Shown in pieces: positions 17,961 through 28,178 of a DNA stretch of 64,000 bases. Origin of the DNA: Candidatus Thorarchaeota archaeon. GTDB lineage: Archaea; Asgardarchaeota; Thorarchaeia; Thorarchaeales; Thorarchaeaceae. How positions within the stretch are numbered: the stretch's first letter is position 1; each line of letters begins with the position of its first letter. A program made the translations under genes and the position numbers. The notes below the pieces were generated by a model. That model saw only the letters and a list, made by a program, of their open reading frames with translations, had not been told where the DNA came from and made no database searches. Where the stretch lies: contig JBHLQM010000009.1 of the NCBI GenBank assembly GCA_048884785.1, positions 6,279 through 70,278 of the forward strand, in the 5' to 3' direction.

Positions 17961-18599
17961 TCAATTGCCCTTCCAGATCTTCATGATGGTTTCTTTGTCC
18001 ACTTCCTGGTAACCATCCTTGTCAATCACGCTAACAAGAATTGAGTTACCTGAGGCAGCATCTCTTTCAATTGCTGCGGCAACCGATCGCACAGCAAGTT
18101 CGATGGCTTTCTTCTTGGGAAGGTCGTCCTTATAGTCGGCCTCTAGAACACCCAACGCCACCGGAGATCCTGAACCTGTAGCAGTGAACTTGTCAGGCAG
18201 TACGGATCCGATGTAATCTGTGTAGAAAACTTGTGGACCCTCGTCATCAAAGCCTCCCACGAGACACTGTAGTAAATATCCTCCTCGAGCTTGGAACATT
18301 ATGTTGCTTAGAAGTCTTGTCAATGCCTTGACTCGCATCGGTCGCCCCCTCTGTATCTCAAAGAGCTTGGATTCTGCCCTAAGCAGTTCCATCATTGCCT
18401 GTGCATCAGCAACTGAACCAGCGATGGTTGCGCCAATTCTGTCGGTGATTTTGTATATTTTCTGAGCTGTCTTGTTGGCGATTAAAAAGCCCATAGTTGC
18501 TCTCTGATCGCTAGCTAGAACAACGCAGTCTTTGGCAACTAGTCCTACTGTTGTAGTTCCGGTCTTGAGTTCATCTGGAGCTTGTGTTGTATGTTCCAT
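17961..18599 (-). CDS. psmB: proteasome subunit beta
   Basis: Propeptide followed by the catalytic TTTVGL. Ntn-hydrolase pattern throughout. Confidence 0.9.
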   Translation of the reverse strand: MEHTTQAPDELKTGTTTVGLVAKDCVVLASDQRATMGFLIANKTAQKIYKITDRIGATIAGSVADAQAMMELLRAESKLFEIQRGRPMRVKALTRLLSNIMFQARGGYLLQCLVGGFDDEGPQVFYTDYIGSVLPDKFTATGSGSPVALGVLEADYKDDLPKKKAIELAVRSVAAAIERDAASGNSILVSVIDKDGYQEVDKETIMKIWKGN

Positions 18600-18724
18600 A
18601 TCGAGTAACTCCCATTAAAGAGATTGAGTCTCGGAGAACTAGTGACAGCGAGCTGTTTTTAGTGAATTGTATTAAAAGGTTTCCACATGGAACAATTCAG
18701 TCCCACGTAGAAACTTCCGCCGTT

Positions 18725-19579
18725 TTAGGTCTTGTTTTCCTTTGGTGCTTCAGGACGCGGCCAAGTTGTGACCAGCTTTACCTCTGTAGCCTTTTCTACA
18801 ACCTTGAGCGCATCCGCTGCAATTCCAATCTCTGCATATTGTATGTTTTCAATGTATCGTGTTTCTTTAGGGAGCTCAATTGTGATGGTTTTCCCACTAA
18901 TCGACGCACTAAATTGGTCTCTTTTGAGTCCTGGTACTCTTCTATTGACGACAGCTAGGAGCTTTTCTACTGGATCTGAAATTATCTCCTTAATTATCAC
19001 ATCAAAGACTAGGGTCTTTCCAGAAAGTGGAGGATTAAAATCCACTCTTACAGTACGGCCAAGAACTTGCGAGATTACACCCCGTTCCCTACCAAAATTG
19101 ACCTCTGTTCCCTTTATTGGTCTAACACCATGTTTGGCGAGTTTTGTTTTGGGAATGGTCTTCACCAGATTGGGATCTCTGAGACCAGCTCCCTTCTCTG
19201 GAGGCACCTCCACTACTCTCTTGTCACCCACCTTCATTCCTACAAGTTGTTCTTCAAGTGCCGCTAGCAGCCAATTCCATCCTATGGCAACAAGCATGGG
19301 CTCATATCGTTCATTTTCTTTGTACAGCTCTTTCTCCTTGGCCACTTCTTCTAGGGTAGTATCAAAGAGCAAACCATCTTCTTTTGTTGTGCCTGTATAG
19401 TCAATATAGACAAGGCTCTTCTCACCAACAACTGTTTCAGTTTTCCCTGGTGCAATTGCTTTCTTTTCTGGTGAAGTCTTGGTTGCTCTCTTGCCTTTGG
19501 TCTTTGTAGACTCTTCACCTGTTTCAGCTTTCTTAGCTGGTTGTTTCTTGGCTTTCTCGGCCGAATCTTTGGTGGACAT
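18725..19579 (-). CDS. FKBP-type peptidyl-prolyl cis-trans isomerase with a Lys/Thr/Glu-rich N-terminal tail
   Basis: VYIDYTGT..DG..FDTT core and an IF-insert-like segment. The first about 50 aa are low-complexity (KAKKQPAKKAETGEESTKTKGKRATKTSPEKK). Confidence 0.75.
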   Translation of the reverse strand: MSTKDSAEKAKKQPAKKAETGEESTKTKGKRATKTSPEKKAIAPGKTETVVGEKSLVYIDYTGTTKEDGLLFDTTLEEVAKEKELYKENERYEPMLVAIGWNWLLAALEEQLVGMKVGDKRVVEVPPEKGAGLRDPNLVKTIPKTKLAKHGVRPIKGTEVNFGRERGVISQVLGRTVRVDFNPPLSGKTLVFDVIIKEIISDPVEKLLAVVNRRVPGLKRDQFSASISGKTITIELPKETRYIENIQYAEIGIAADALKVVEKATEVKLVTTWPRPEAPKENKT

Positions 19580-19649
19580 ATCTAGCTCCCTCTGGAGAAT
19601 ATTAGCAGTTTCTTGCCGGTCTGCTCAGCGTTGTTATAAAACGGTTTCC

Positions 19650-20246
19650 TTACGTCCCATTCTGAAGAACACCTCGCAGCACCATCAGCTTTTCATAGAA
19701 GAGAATCTTCTCTGCAGCAATCTCACTCCTGAGATGCTTCTCTTTCATTGCTTCCATAATTACATTTGGATTCCCAAGGCTTGAAACCACCAAGTATATT
19801 CTTCCCCTTGGAAGAAGATGTTCCACTGCCTGATGGATGAATCTCAAAGTAATCTCAGCTCCACTCTCTCCTCCCACCAATGCTTGATCTAATGAAGTAT
19901 GATTCTCATCCGCTGGCAAGTAAGGCGGATTGAATATGATTATCGAAAACTTGCTCCTCGAATTGACCGCATCCAGCAAATCGGACTGAATGACATTGCA
20001 TCTCTTCAGAAGATCGTTTTTTCTTATGTTCTCCATAGTGTTTTCCACAGCTGAATATGAAACATCGATTCCAACATAGTGCTCGACTCTTCTGCACAAA
20101 TTAAGACCTATATACCCAGTCCCGCATCCAATCTCTAAGAGCGAATCATCCGATTTGGTCACGATTGCATCATGCAATAGATAGGTGTCTTCTGATGGAG
20201 GATACACATCAGGATTGGTTTCAATTCGAATTTCAAACCCTTTCAT
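19650..20246 (-). CDS. HemK/Mtq2-type N5-glutamine methyltransferase
   Basis: SAM motif LEIGCGTGYIG and catalytic NPPY (IIIFNPPYLP). Confidence 0.75.
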   Translation of the reverse strand: MKGFEIRIETNPDVYPPSEDTYLLHDAIVTKSDDSLLEIGCGTGYIGLNLCRRVEHYVGIDVSYSAVENTMENIRKNDLLKRCNVIQSDLLDAVNSRSKFSIIIFNPPYLPADENHTSLDQALVGGESGAEITLRFIHQAVEHLLPRGRIYLVVSSLGNPNVIMEAMKEKHLRSEIAAEKILFYEKLMVLRGVLQNGT

Positions 20247-20250
20247 TTTC

Positions 20251-21114
20251 CTACCTTCTAGGGTCCAAGAGTATCCCCTTCTCGATAAAATCGAGAAGCA
20301 GATCAGACAGAATTACGAGCTCTTCAAGAGACAAGTCTCTCAAACGAACTGATCCATCCACTGCCCTTTGTCCCTCCAGCAAAGTATCTGTGAGATGAGC
20401 TTGACCAATGTTCTTGAGCCAAATTCCAAGCGCCTTTCTTAGCTGTTTATTCGGATAGGAGAAGAGTCCGTGAATCATCCAAAAGAAGACTTCATCGCTC
20501 CTAGCAAAAGGACCTGTTTTTCTGTGGACCACTCGAAGAACAGATGAATTGACTTCAGGAGTAGGATAGAAATTCCGAGCATCAACATCCATGATGTGTT
20601 CTGCGTTGCCAAGGTATTGAAAATCAATTGATAATCGAGAATACTCAGAGCTACCCGGGGTTGCGAGTAACCGTTGAGCAAACTCCTTTTGATACATCAG
20701 AATGGCTTCTTCAAATGGTTCTTTTTGAAGTAGTCTGAATGTGATCGCTGATGCAGCACTGTACGGCAGATTCGAAACAATTTTGTCTGCTTTTGGCCAT
20801 GAAACTTGTAGAGCATCGCCCTCAATTATCTCAACGTTATCGTTTGATGCCAGAAGGTCTCTAAGAGCTTTTGCCAATCCTGGCTCAAGTTCGATTACAA
20901 ACACAATCTTCGCCTTTTGAGCAAGTAGTGATGTAAGAATCCCCAAACCACCGCCAATCTCTAAAACAGCTTCACCTGATTGGATATTTGCAGCATCGAC
21001 TATTGTCCGGGCAATAGCTTGGGATTTTAGAAAGCTCTGGCCTTTCTTCCTTTTTGGGTTCACTGAATACTTGCGCAACAGTTGCGGTATGTTGTTGTCG
21101 TACAGGAAGCTCAC
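20251..21114 (-). CDS. ksgA: 16S rRNA (adenine1518/1519-N6)-dimethyltransferase KsgA/Dim1
   Basis: GQSFL, LEIGGGLG and SNLPYS motifs, plus conserved synteny with DUF655 and RpoF. Confidence 0.85.
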   Translation of the reverse strand: MSFLYDNNIPQLLRKYSVNPKRKKGQSFLKSQAIARTIVDAANIQSGEAVLEIGGGLGILTSLLAQKAKIVFVIELEPGLAKALRDLLASNDNVEIIEGDALQVSWPKADKIVSNLPYSAASAITFRLLQKEPFEEAILMYQKEFAQRLLATPGSSEYSRLSIDFQYLGNAEHIMDVDARNFYPTPEVNSSVLRVVHRKTGPFARSDEVFFWMIHGLFSYPNKQLRKALGIWLKNIGQAHLTDTLLEGQRAVDGSVRLRDLSLEELVILSDLLLDFIEKGILLDPRR

Positions 21115-21129
21115 CTGTGACTTCTTGTT

Positions 21130-21735
21130 CTATCTTCGAGGTGGTTTCTCCTTCTCCTCTTCATCACGTTTCGGAGGTCTAACAAAAAGCCATCTCTTGA
21201 CATCTTCTTGTAGCTCATCAATTATTCTAGCAGTGATCACTTTTTTCGGATGCTGAAGTTTGGTTCTGGCTGCAATATCATCAAAACTTTTGAAAGGCTC
21301 TTTCTTTCTCTCTTCAAGAATAGCCCACATCAATGTTTGTCCAATGCCTGGAAGGAGCTGAAGAGAGTGCATTCGCGTTGTGAGCGGATTGGCTTCATTG
21401 AAGAATTGCACGAATTTATGTTCATATTTTGTAACAATAATTTCAATAACTAACGGCAGTTCCGCGGAACTCTCAGGTGCAAGATCCTCATAGAAAATGC
21501 GTCGCCTAACGTGATCTATCTTTCCTTGTGCATTTCTTTGTATTGACACCCTCTCTTGTGGATGCAATGTCACTCCAAGACGTGGTGTAAGCTCAAGGAG
21601 CGTAAAATTGGTTTCACCTATTGCCTGAACAACAGTTTCTCCCCTGGGTCGGTTATCGCGGAGAAAGACCTTCGGTGGTATGACTGCCAGGACATATGCA
21701 TGGGTCTCGAATGCTCTGTTTTGAGAACCTTCCAT
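21130..21735 (-). CDS. DUF655-family nucleic-acid-binding protein (OB fold plus HhH)
   Basis: Size, HhH-like LQLLPGIGQTLMWAILEER, and the canonical archaeal position between rpoF and ksgA. Confidence 0.6.
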   Translation of the reverse strand: MEGSQNRAFETHAYVLAVIPPKVFLRDNRPRGETVVQAIGETNFTLLELTPRLGVTLHPQERVSIQRNAQGKIDHVRRRIFYEDLAPESSAELPLVIEIIVTKYEHKFVQFFNEANPLTTRMHSLQLLPGIGQTLMWAILEERKKEPFKSFDDIAARTKLQHPKKVITARIIDELQEDVKRWLFVRPPKRDEEEKEKPPRR

Positions 21736-21856
21736 TTGATTTTGCTCCTGGTTGTTTCAGACCACATCAATGATGAAATGTATTGCTAGAGATAAAAGTC
21801 AATCGGGACAGGCATGTTGTTCGCGCTTTACTGAAATAATGCATACATGGCGAATT

Positions 21857-22192
21857 TTACGAGCGACTACTTTCAACAATTCCCACAATTTCGGCCAACT
21901 GTTCTTCGGTGAGATCTGCAGACCTCGCATCAATGATAGTCTTGAGTTCTTCAATACTTATTGGTGCGATATTCACAATTTGAACCGCATGGAATTTTGA
22001 TAGGTTATAGTTCTTCATCAGTCTATCAACAAGCTTTGCTGCAACTGCTGGTGCCATCTTGGCAAAGGTTGAAGCATGTTCAAGTGTTATTGACTGCTGA
22101 AAGGACAGTTCACTCTCCTTTGCCCGCTTTGTGAGCAACTTCTTAACTTCTGGGAGTGTGATTTCCTCCTCACCTACAATCTCTTTTGGCAT
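21857..22192 (-). CDS. rpoF: DNA-directed RNA polymerase subunit F (Rpo4)
   Basis: 111 aa with the helical HRDC-like pattern (EVKKLL ... AKLVDRLM ... AVQIVNI.P.S..ELK.I), directly downstream of rpl21e. Confidence 0.75.
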   Translation of the reverse strand: MPKEIVGEEEITLPEVKKLLTKRAKESELSFQQSITLEHASTFAKMAPAVAAKLVDRLMKNYNLSKFHAVQIVNIAPISIEELKTIIDARSADLTEEQLAEIVGIVESSRS

Positions 22193-22202
22193 CTAGCTCC
22201 CC

Positions 22203-22499
22203 TTACCTTCGACTTGGACGTAGATGCTCTGGTCTTACAATCAGGGATTTCATTGCTTTACCAAGACTGATATCAATGACGTATGCTCGGCCTCTTTTCG
22301 CTCGCACGACTCCAGTTCTGCCATGGTATCTCTTATGTGGCATTCCTCTATGCACACTTGGATTAATAACCACATTAACACGGTCACCTTCTTGATAATC
22401 GACAAGAACCGTACTAAGTGGGGTAATTCCTCGCTCTCGCACTCTTTTGCTCATCAGGGCTCTTGTGCGTGCACGGAATCCATGACTTTTCTTGACCAT
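22203..22499 (-). CDS. rpl21e: 50S ribosomal protein L21e
   Basis: KSHGFRARTR ... GDRV.V.I.PSVH.GMPH.RYHGRTG.V. Confidence 0.9.
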   Translation of the reverse strand: MVKKSHGFRARTRALMSKRVRERGITPLSTVLVDYQEGDRVNVVINPSVHRGMPHKRYHGRTGVVRAKRGRAYVIDISLGKAMKSLIVRPEHLRPSRR

Positions 22500-22590
22500 A
22501 GGGCATCAACTTGTTGTACATTACACCTCGTGCATCAGAAAAAAGACATACTGCATGCCCGAGGCTCAGCATCCCCTCCGGAGTATCAAC

Positions 22591-23991
22591 TTAAAGATTA
22601 TGGTCTGTTTGCAAACTATGGATTGCTGTTACATCCAACCTCATACACACACAAGCGATACCAAGAACTTCAGAGAGGGAGGGAGTTGTTCTTCCCTCAT
22701 CACCTGAAACCAGCTCCTTTACATAGGTCCCTCCCTGAACTTTGAAGAACCCCTCCAGAGTAGTTTTATCTACTTTTATCAATCGTACTTCCAGAACTCT
22801 TTTTTTTCTAATCAAATCGCTTCTTCGGTGGGCTACACGATTTGGTGTTCTTTGTTCGATGATTGTGTTACTGAGCGACTTCACCGCCTCTTCAAGTTCT
22901 GCATCCTCGGGCTCCCTTTCAACCTGAATAATCGCATGGTATTCCTTCTCGTTCTCAGAGGCTTCATTTTTGAGTACCTGAAAGTGTCTTCGCGTTGTAA
23001 TCCTCAGGTCTGAAACCTCCACCTTCCCTTCTGCGAACTGGTTAATAACTGAAGTCAGGTGTTCCAGGTCTGGATTCCGAGCATTTGGTCTGGATATCTC
23101 CACAACAAATGGCCTTCCGGTTCCCAGCATTAGTACATCGATATCTTCTCTTCCGGCGGCATGGACTTTGAATTTCGTGCCCTGCAATTCCTTTTGAGAG
23201 GGGGTTCCAATAAACTCTGAAACAGACTCCGGATATTTCCTCCCTGTCCCTCCACAGGCATCACATCCCTTTCCTTTACACTCCGAGCAATCCCACCTGC
23301 TCTGAGGGATTCCCCGAACCAGTTTTCTGTATCTGCCATAGATGAAGACTGGATTTATCCTAATTTGCACTTTGTCCTCAGCCATCTTGTAAAACACTAC
23401 GATGTCTGGGCGTTGGAAGTCAACTTCTTTTTTCAAAGCTTTTTCTATCTGCTTTCCAAGTTCTCTATTGAAATCCGACTTTAGTGCCTCGCCATCCGCT
23501 AGGCCCATCTGCCCTCGGAGTTCATCCTCTCTTTCTGCCAAAACTAGATCAGGTTCAGTGCCTACTAGGAAAGTAGCGAACTCAATATTTTGAGCCCTTT
23601 CCTGTACTCTCTGAACAATTGAGGGAATCTTGTCAAAGACACTCTCCTCTCCTATACCACATAAGTGACATGTTTCATCCTTCTGTACCTCTATACCATA
23701 TTTTTTACAGACTTTTTTGGCAGAATCCAACATCCCATTGGTGGCTAGAACCTGCAAGAGCTTAATGCCTTCCTCTTTGGAGCCATGTTTGATTTCTTCT
23801 TCAGCCATCATTGTTAGTACAAGCTTCAATGAGGCGCCTCGTTGTCTGTTTGTTGTATCAGTACTTAACCATGCAACCTGGCGGCCCAAACACTGGTCGC
23901 ATATGGGATGTTTCTCCAATAACCTCTGAGCGGTAGTTATTACTCTGGGCCGTTCCTCTTCCATTTTTGCCACCTCGTTTAGTCGAGTCAA
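22591..23991 (-). CDS. pus10: tRNA pseudouridine(54/55) synthase Pus10
   Basis: N-terminal CDQCLGRQ zinc-ribbon/THUMP region, CSECKGKGCDACGGTG, and catalytic-region AAGREDIDVLMLGTGRPFV. Confidence 0.8.
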   Translation of the reverse strand: MTRLNEVAKMEEERPRVITTAQRLLEKHPICDQCLGRQVAWLSTDTTNRQRGASLKLVLTMMAEEEIKHGSKEEGIKLLQVLATNGMLDSAKKVCKKYGIEVQKDETCHLCGIGEESVFDKIPSIVQRVQERAQNIEFATFLVGTEPDLVLAEREDELRGQMGLADGEALKSDFNRELGKQIEKALKKEVDFQRPDIVVFYKMAEDKVQIRINPVFIYGRYRKLVRGIPQSRWDCSECKGKGCDACGGTGRKYPESVSEFIGTPSQKELQGTKFKVHAAGREDIDVLMLGTGRPFVVEISRPNARNPDLEHLTSVINQFAEGKVEVSDLRITTRRHFQVLKNEASENEKEYHAIIQVEREPEDAELEEAVKSLSNTIIEQRTPNRVAHRRSDLIRKKRVLEVRLIKVDKTTLEGFFKVQGGTYVKELVSGDEGRTTPSLSEVLGIACVCMRLDVTAIHSLQTDHNL

Positions 23992-24022
23992 TGTTAGTAA
24001 TTGATAAAGATGTAGCTATAAC

Positions 24023-25246
24023 TCAAAGAAATGGATTCAGGAATCGGAGTATGCGAATGCCAAGTGTGACCATTCTTGGATTTGTCAGAATCGCTGAAAT
24101 GACACTACTCTGCATATCCATATCTCCTTCTTTTCTGATAATGTCTACCAGAGATCGCTCCTCAGCTTCTTTGATGAGTATATCTAGGCCCCGATCAGAG
24201 ATCATGGTAATGGCCTTTTGAGCAAGATACATCAACCTTAACTCTTTCATTAGATACGAGCGCCATTTATTCTCATAACTTCCTAGTTGAATTGGCGTGT
24301 TATCATCGATAAGGGCGCTGGATATGACATGGCCTGCTGCATTTGCTGAAATCCCTCCAAAGATGACCCCTCCCCCAGTAGTTGCTTTTACTATTCCTGC
24401 AGCATCTCCAACAATAAGAAAGCCATTGTTCACAGTCTTCCTAATTGGCATGCCTACCAAAACAACGCCCCCGAATCCCCTGTCAATATTGGCCCTATCA
24501 AGACGTTTCTTGACAATCGGATGGTGTTTCATTATATTTGCGAGTCTTTGCTTTGATCTATCCTTAGATGCAAGGCCCACACGTGCCCGTCTATCACCCA
24601 GTGGAATTATCCATGCAAAGAAACCGCTTGAGATATTTCGTCCATAGAACATCTCTACCAGATCTTCTTCCAGATCTACATTGGAAACCTCATACTGGTA
24701 TGCAGGAAGCTTACTGCTCCTTGGTACTCTCGGTAGCCCGACTTGGTCTGATATCTGACATCTCGAGCCTTCCGCATTGATTATTGCTTTAGTAGACCTC
24801 ACTTCTGATGGTCTATCAGAAGTGCGAAAATTGTAGACCCCTTCATCAGTTCTCGAAACATTGATGAATTTGCTCTTTACATCGAGTTTCGCACCAGAAT
24901 CAATTGCACGTCTAGCAAGCCATGAATCAAAGAGACGCCGATTCACAACATATGCCTCCCGTTTTCCTCTTTCTATCCGGAGTGCATATCCACTTGGGGA
25001 GTAGATCCTGGCACCGGTCACATTATTCTGAACCACCTCATGCGGCAATCTCAGACCAAGCCTCTCAAGCCCTGTGCTACTCAGAAGCCCGGCACAATGA
25101 TCCGGTTTACCGACCGATTCGTGTTCTTCTAGAACTAATACATCATATCCCTGCTTAGCAATTCTATGTGCCGCTATCAGCCCTGAAGGTCCTGCACCTA
25201 TGATGATAGCGTCATGGCTCAAAGAATTCACCACATTACTATCCAT
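24023..25246 (-). CDS. geranylgeranyl reductase family flavoprotein
   Basis: FAD motif DAIIIGAGPSGLIAA..IA..G..VLVLE. Size is typical of digeranylgeranylglycerophospholipid reductases. Confidence 0.7.
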   Translation of the reverse strand: MDSNVVNSLSHDAIIIGAGPSGLIAAHRIAKQGYDVLVLEEHESVGKPDHCAGLLSSTGLERLGLRLPHEVVQNNVTGARIYSPSGYALRIERGKREAYVVNRRLFDSWLARRAIDSGAKLDVKSKFINVSRTDEGVYNFRTSDRPSEVRSTKAIINAEGSRCQISDQVGLPRVPRSSKLPAYQYEVSNVDLEEDLVEMFYGRNISSGFFAWIIPLGDRRARVGLASKDRSKQRLANIMKHHPIVKKRLDRANIDRGFGGVVLVGMPIRKTVNNGFLIVGDAAGIVKATTGGGVIFGGISANAAGHVISSALIDDNTPIQLGSYENKWRSYLMKELRLMYLAQKAITMISDRGLDILIKEAEERSLVDIIRKEGDMDMQSSVISAILTNPRMVTLGIRILRFLNPFL

Positions 25247-25295
25247 AGAACATCCTTTTTATCTCTCCCCCAACAGAGATAGGTGAATCTCTGAG

Positions 25296-25676
25296 GTGGC
25301 CAAACTCATGTTTCAGAGGAACTTCACGTATAAACAGGTAATCGCAGTACGAACAGACCTAGGAATGAGTAAAGGAAAGACTGCAGTACAGGTTGCTCAT
25401 GGTTCTGTCAGTGCAGCAGAGAAGGCAAGGATTAGCCATCAAGAGATTTGGCGAGCTTGGCTGAAGGAGGGTCAAAAGAAAGTTGCAGTAAAAGTACAAT
25501 CAGAAGAAGAACTCCTGCAACTAATGCGCGAGGCTGTCATTCACAGATTACCATATTCATTGATACGTGATGCTGGTATGACTGAGCTTCCTCCAGGAAC
25601 CATGACTGTGATTGGAATCGGTCCCGGGAAGTCTGAAGAAGTCGACAAAATCACTGGTAATCTCAAACTGCTATAA
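25296..25676 (+). CDS. pth2: peptidyl-tRNA hydrolase, archaeal/eukaryotic type (Pth2)
   Basis: KQVIAVRTDLGMSKGKTAVQVAHGSV ... DAGMTELPPGT.TVIGIGP. Confidence 0.85.
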   Translation: MAKLMFQRNFTYKQVIAVRTDLGMSKGKTAVQVAHGSVSAAEKARISHQEIWRAWLKEGQKKVAVKVQSEEELLQLMREAVIHRLPYSLIRDAGMTELPPGTMTVIGIGPGKSEEVDKITGNLKLL

Positions 25677-25687
25677 GAGGGATATGT

Positions 25688-27037
25688 TTGGTAAATCCCC
25701 CTGCTTTAGAAATTGCATTGGGAATGGAACGATATAGCACATCATTTCAGGGGATAGGTGGACGACTCAAACGAAGATTCGAGGATTTTATTGTAGAAGA
25801 GATTGATTCCTCGGGATTAGTATCAAGCGTCAATCTGGATTTAGATAGTCCATTCATGCGCGAGAATCTAGAGGTTTCGGGAGATCGTCGAAAAGCGAGA
25901 TATCTTCATCTAACTATTCAGAAAATGGGTCTAACAACAATTGATGCTGCTAGTCTTATATCATCATCCCTGAAAATCTCAAGGCATATGGTTAACTATG
26001 CCGGACTTAAGGACAAAAGAGCTCTAACAGTTCAAAAGATGTCAATACCTGTGACTTCCTTGGAAGCTATTAGAAAAACCTACCTTTCCCGAATTTGGAT
26101 AAATTGCATGGAATACTCCCGAAGGCAGCTGCACATAGGTGATTTGTGGGGTAATCGCTTCTCAATAATTGTTCGAAACATAGACGCCTCGTGTGAAGAC
26201 GCACTCGAGAAAGTCAATGAATTGGGACAGAGTGTACTCCTGAACTATTTTGGTGTTCAGCGGTTTGGAATAACGCGACCCATTACCCATCTCATAGGAA
26301 GGGCACTCATAAAACGCGACTACCAGGAGGCTGTTCGGTTGATGCTATCAGAAACCGATTCATATGACTCGGATGATGTTCGAAATATGCGGCAATCATT
26401 GATGGATGGTCCTATTAATGAGTCAATACTGGACCAAATACCAGAGGGCTTGCGCTACGAGAGAATCGTTATCAAGAGCCTAATTAAGAACCCTGATAAT
26501 TATGAGCTTGCAGTTTCAAGAATTCCTCCCCGTATTCAGACACTTTTTGTTCATTCATATCAATCGTACCTGTTTAACCGTTTTATCAGCCTGCGGGCCA
26601 AAGAGGGTCTTGGTTTCTCCGAACCAGAAGTTGGAGATTTTATTATGAAGCTCGACATGGCACACACGGGACGAGATGAATGGCTTTTTGTAACAGAGCG
26701 AAATGTTGAGGAACGACGTGAACTCGTACAATCTGGTAAATATGGATTGGCCGGAGCCATCCCAGGATACGCAAGCAAATTACCGAGTACAAAGCAATCA
26801 GAGCAGCTACAGCAAATTCTGAAGGATGAAGGTATACAGCTTGCTGATTTTAGATTCGAGGGCAATCGCCACTTAGATTCAGCTGGCGGATTTCATCTCA
26901 TTTCAATCACTTTGCCCGATCTTGAAGCCAAATGCATAGAAGATGGTATATTGATGAATTTCTCCCTCAGAAAGGGGTCGTATGCAACTGTTGTTGTACG
27001 AGAACTCATGAAGAATGATCCTATAAATCGTGTTTAG
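25688..27037 (+). CDS. truD: tRNA pseudouridine(13) synthase TruD/Pus7
   Basis: RFEDFIVEEI, YAGLKDKRA and NYFGVQRFG motifs. Confidence 0.8.
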   Translation: MVNPPALEIALGMERYSTSFQGIGGRLKRRFEDFIVEEIDSSGLVSSVNLDLDSPFMRENLEVSGDRRKARYLHLTIQKMGLTTIDAASLISSSLKISRHMVNYAGLKDKRALTVQKMSIPVTSLEAIRKTYLSRIWINCMEYSRRQLHIGDLWGNRFSIIVRNIDASCEDALEKVNELGQSVLLNYFGVQRFGITRPITHLIGRALIKRDYQEAVRLMLSETDSYDSDDVRNMRQSLMDGPINESILDQIPEGLRYERIVIKSLIKNPDNYELAVSRIPPRIQTLFVHSYQSYLFNRFISLRAKEGLGFSEPEVGDFIMKLDMAHTGRDEWLFVTERNVEERRELVQSGKYGLAGAIPGYASKLPSTKQSEQLQQILKDEGIQLADFRFEGNRHLDSAGGFHLISITLPDLEAKCIEDGILMNFSLRKGSYATVVVRELMKNDPINRV

Positions 27038-27040
27038 CCT

Positions 27041-27679
27041 TCATCTTCTGCTCCCTGAAAACTCTCTTAATTTATCTCCGAAGTCATCTCCCTCAGTTTG
27101 GTCCTCTCTCGCAACTCTTTCGTCCTGATACTGAAACAGAATTGATTCATTTGCGACTGCAGATGCTATTGCTTTGAGTTGTTCTTTTGAATATTTTATT
27201 CTCTCTCTGTCCTGTGGTCTCAACATCACAATACTTTCCTTGAACCCATTAGGAAGGTAGAGTGTGTTAACACCTACCTCAATAGCAGGAGCAATTAATT
27301 CCCTGACAATCGTCCGCAATTTGGCAGGTCCCTCGACGATAAGTATCTCTCCATAGATCTCTCTGATTTTGGCCATCAGTTCGTCATCGTCAGTAAGAGC
27401 AGTCACGCTCTTTTTCTTCACCACGAGTACCAGGAGGTCTTTAAAGCGAAGCGCCCTAAGAAGGTCAATCCTATCCGCATGTACTGAATCCTTGCCATTT
27501 GCAAGAAGCCATTTGCTGAATTCAATATCGAATTCGGATAATTCACCGCTATCAAATCTATCTTGACAACTGGGGCATAGCATATCAGACTCTAAATCGA
27601 AGACACAAATAGGGAGTCGCATCAATAATTCCTCAAGATATGATATTTCGGTGTCTAACAGCCTCAGTATGAGGAGCAT
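27041..27679 (-). CDS. putative RNA-binding protein (N-terminal CxxC element, NusA-KH-like segment)
   Basis: CPSCQDRF near the N-terminus. LRTIVRELIAPAIEVGV resembles the NusA KH-region pattern. The start may be MRLPIC at 27622. Confidence 0.35.
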   Translation of the reverse strand: MLLILRLLDTEISYLEELLMRLPICVFDLESDMLCPSCQDRFDSGELSEFDIEFSKWLLANGKDSVHADRIDLLRALRFKDLLVLVVKKKSVTALTDDDELMAKIREIYGEILIVEGPAKLRTIVRELIAPAIEVGVNTLYLPNGFKESIVMLRPQDRERIKYSKEQLKAIASAVANESILFQYQDERVAREDQTEGDDFGDKLREFSGSRR

Positions 27680-27695
27680 ATGAGACTTCCGAAGC

Positions 27696-28022
27696 CTACC
27701 TTGATAGAGTAATATCTATAGTCGACACATTTAGATCGCTACCTTTGTCAGTCTGAACTGTGGTAGTGCCAATCTCGATGTGTTTGACAACAAGATCATT
27801 GAGGAATCTATGACGCGTGATTTCCGCTACATCCACGGCTCTGCTAATCAGTCTGCCCCTAGCTTTAATGACAACTTCTGATGATCCCTTGTTGAACAGA
27901 GTGACGCAGGCAAGAACATAGCTCATCACATTCTTAGAGCCAACTAATATAGTTGAATCTCCGCGAGAATTGCTTTCTTTGGTTTTGCCTTCCTTTTCCT
28001 CCGCCACGCGATATCTCTCCAA
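27696..28022 (-). CDS. albA: Alba (Sac10b family) DNA/RNA-binding protein with a charged N-terminal extension
   Basis: ILVGSKNVMSYVLA ... VVIKARGRLISRAVDVAEI.RHRF ... VSTIDITL. Confidence 0.85.
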   Translation of the reverse strand: MERYRVAEEKEGKTKESNSRGDSTILVGSKNVMSYVLACVTLFNKGSSEVVIKARGRLISRAVDVAEITRHRFLNDLVVKHIEIGTTTVQTDKGSDLNVSTIDITLSR

Positions 28023-28178
28023 TTACTAATTGAAACATCTCAGCTGAGAGCCATCATTGGTTTCCAACTGATATAGATTTCGTTTCAGATACTAGTGATG
28101 CCTGTATCTCAAAAAACGACTATAATAACACAATAGGCACATATCAAACTCCCTTTCACAAGGTTTTTCATCATGCAA

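Noticed and set aside
18732-19400. 222-aa + strand ORF
   Set aside because: It is antisense to the FKBP gene, is a low-complexity Ser/Thr/Leu-rich translation, and has no motif.
21770-21834. Possible C/D-box sRNA on the + strand (exact ATGATGA at 21770-21776, CTGA at 21831-21834) between DUF655 and rpoF
   Set aside because: The C-to-D spacing is 54 nt, which is long. There are no convincing internal D'/C' boxes and no terminal stem. It could be chance in an AT-rich spacer and needs a covariance or snoscan-type search.
22224-22745. 173-aa + strand ORF spanning the rpl21e/pus10 junction
   Set aside because: It overlaps two well-supported minus-strand genes and has no recognisable motif.
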